From positions 94,669 to 158,668 of the forward strand of contig OZ220679.1 in the NCBI GenBank assembly GCA_965116355.1: a stretch of DNA of 64,000 nt, in the 5' to 3' direction. The notes under the pieces were generated by a model. The model was not told the origin of the DNA, did not search any database, and saw nothing but the letters and a program-made list of their open reading frames with translations. Made by a program: the position numbers and the translations under genes. Shown here piece by piece: positions 63,530-64,000 of this stretch. Every line of letters starts with the position of its first letter. Within the stretch, counting starts at the first letter, position 1. The DNA comes from Dehalococcoidia bacterium (lineage in GTDB: Bacteria > Chloroflexota > Dehalococcoidia > Lucifugimonadales > UBA1127).

Positions 63530-64000
63530 TTACGAAACGGAAATCGGGAAGCGCAGCGTGTCCACCTGCTCCCACTTCAGACGGAAGATTTCCGCCCCGT
63601 CCGGCACCTCAAAGACCATCCACCCGGTGATGTTGAAGTCCTGGGGGAGGTCCGATGGCCCCCAGAGGAACGGCAGGTGCGGACTCAACGCAACCGGGGG
63701 CTCGTCCAGCTTCACACGGCGCTCGTACGGGTCGACGGGGAGGGCCTGCTCACGCTCCGTGCCCTCCAGCACGCCCGACTCCTCGCCGATGTTGATGGAG
63801 AGGATGCCCGAGCGGATGTTCCAGATGGTCATCCGCGCGGCGACGAAGTGGTGTCCGTCCTGCGCGGGCCCGACGTTGTAGTACTCGCCGTCCGTATCCT
63901 GATATATGACGCCACCGACTTCGGTCAGGTCGGCGACATTCATCGTGATGCCGCGCCCTCCCAGGGTGACGCTCGTTGGCTGGTCATCGCCGCATGCGGC
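63530..64000 (-). CDS. DUF4352-like lipoprotein, N-terminus outside the window
   Basis: The reading frame stays open to the window edge: ..AACGDDQPTSVTLGGRGITMNVADL (a lipobox-like AAC|G). The C-terminal ..ITGWMVFEVPDGAEIFRLKW fits a DUF4352 immunoglobulin-like pattern. Confidence 0.5.
   Translation of the reverse strand, partial: AACGDDQPTSVTLGGRGITMNVADLTEVGGVIYQDTDGEYYNVGPAQDGHHFVAARMTIWNIRSGILSINIGEESGVLEGTEREQALPVDPYERRVKLDEPPVALSPHLPFLWGPSDLPQDFNITGWMVFEVPDGAEIFRLKWEQVDTLRFPISVS

Overview
High-G+C bacterial window of 64 kb. About 55 of roughly 63 genes lie on the minus strand. Marker families point to a Chloroflexota-like (possibly SAR202/Dehalococcoidia-type) genome: a 'Chlor_Arch_YYY'/DUF2298 protein next to a TIGR03663-like GT-C membrane protein, two Rieske oxygenase paralogues, and a CaiB-type CoA-transferase with a CitE-like lyase. 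This lineage call rests only on my recollection of these families. Housekeeping genes present: selB, priA, rplS, ftsY, argC, cinA, tRNA-Glu(UUC), a stand-alone nuoEFG-like module, and three ABC transporter loci (DrrAB-like, MacB/FtsX-like, GldA/F/G+DUF4340-like). Accessory content: (1) a co-directional nuclease-rich string selB>DUF429-like>DUF433>GIY-YIG>nurA>stand-alone HAS-barrel protein>herA; (2) three type II TA modules (2x VapBC-like, HicBA); (3) two pairs of PaREP1-like four-helix proteins; (4) two tandem EEP-family paralogues; (5) two tandem MFS genes that both look disrupted. The most striking non-genic signal is a modular 'mosaic' repeat family. It has a 33-nt hairpin module A, a hairpin module B and a module C (CCCTTCGACAGGCTCAGGGCGAACGG). 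The modules are combined in a fixed order, are almost all in the same orientation, fill most intergenic regions, and form 135-nt and 160-nt tandem arrays. Copies abut stop codons and also sit inside coding sequences: in frame in herA, nurA and the YYY protein, and disrupting in one MFS gene. A low-G+C GIY-YIG gene is bracketed by inverted hairpin-A copies, which recalls REP/RAYT architecture. Short perfect direct repeats (21 nt and 30 nt) bracket two low-G+C gene insertions. All calls come from reading the sequence and the ORF track. No database search was run.
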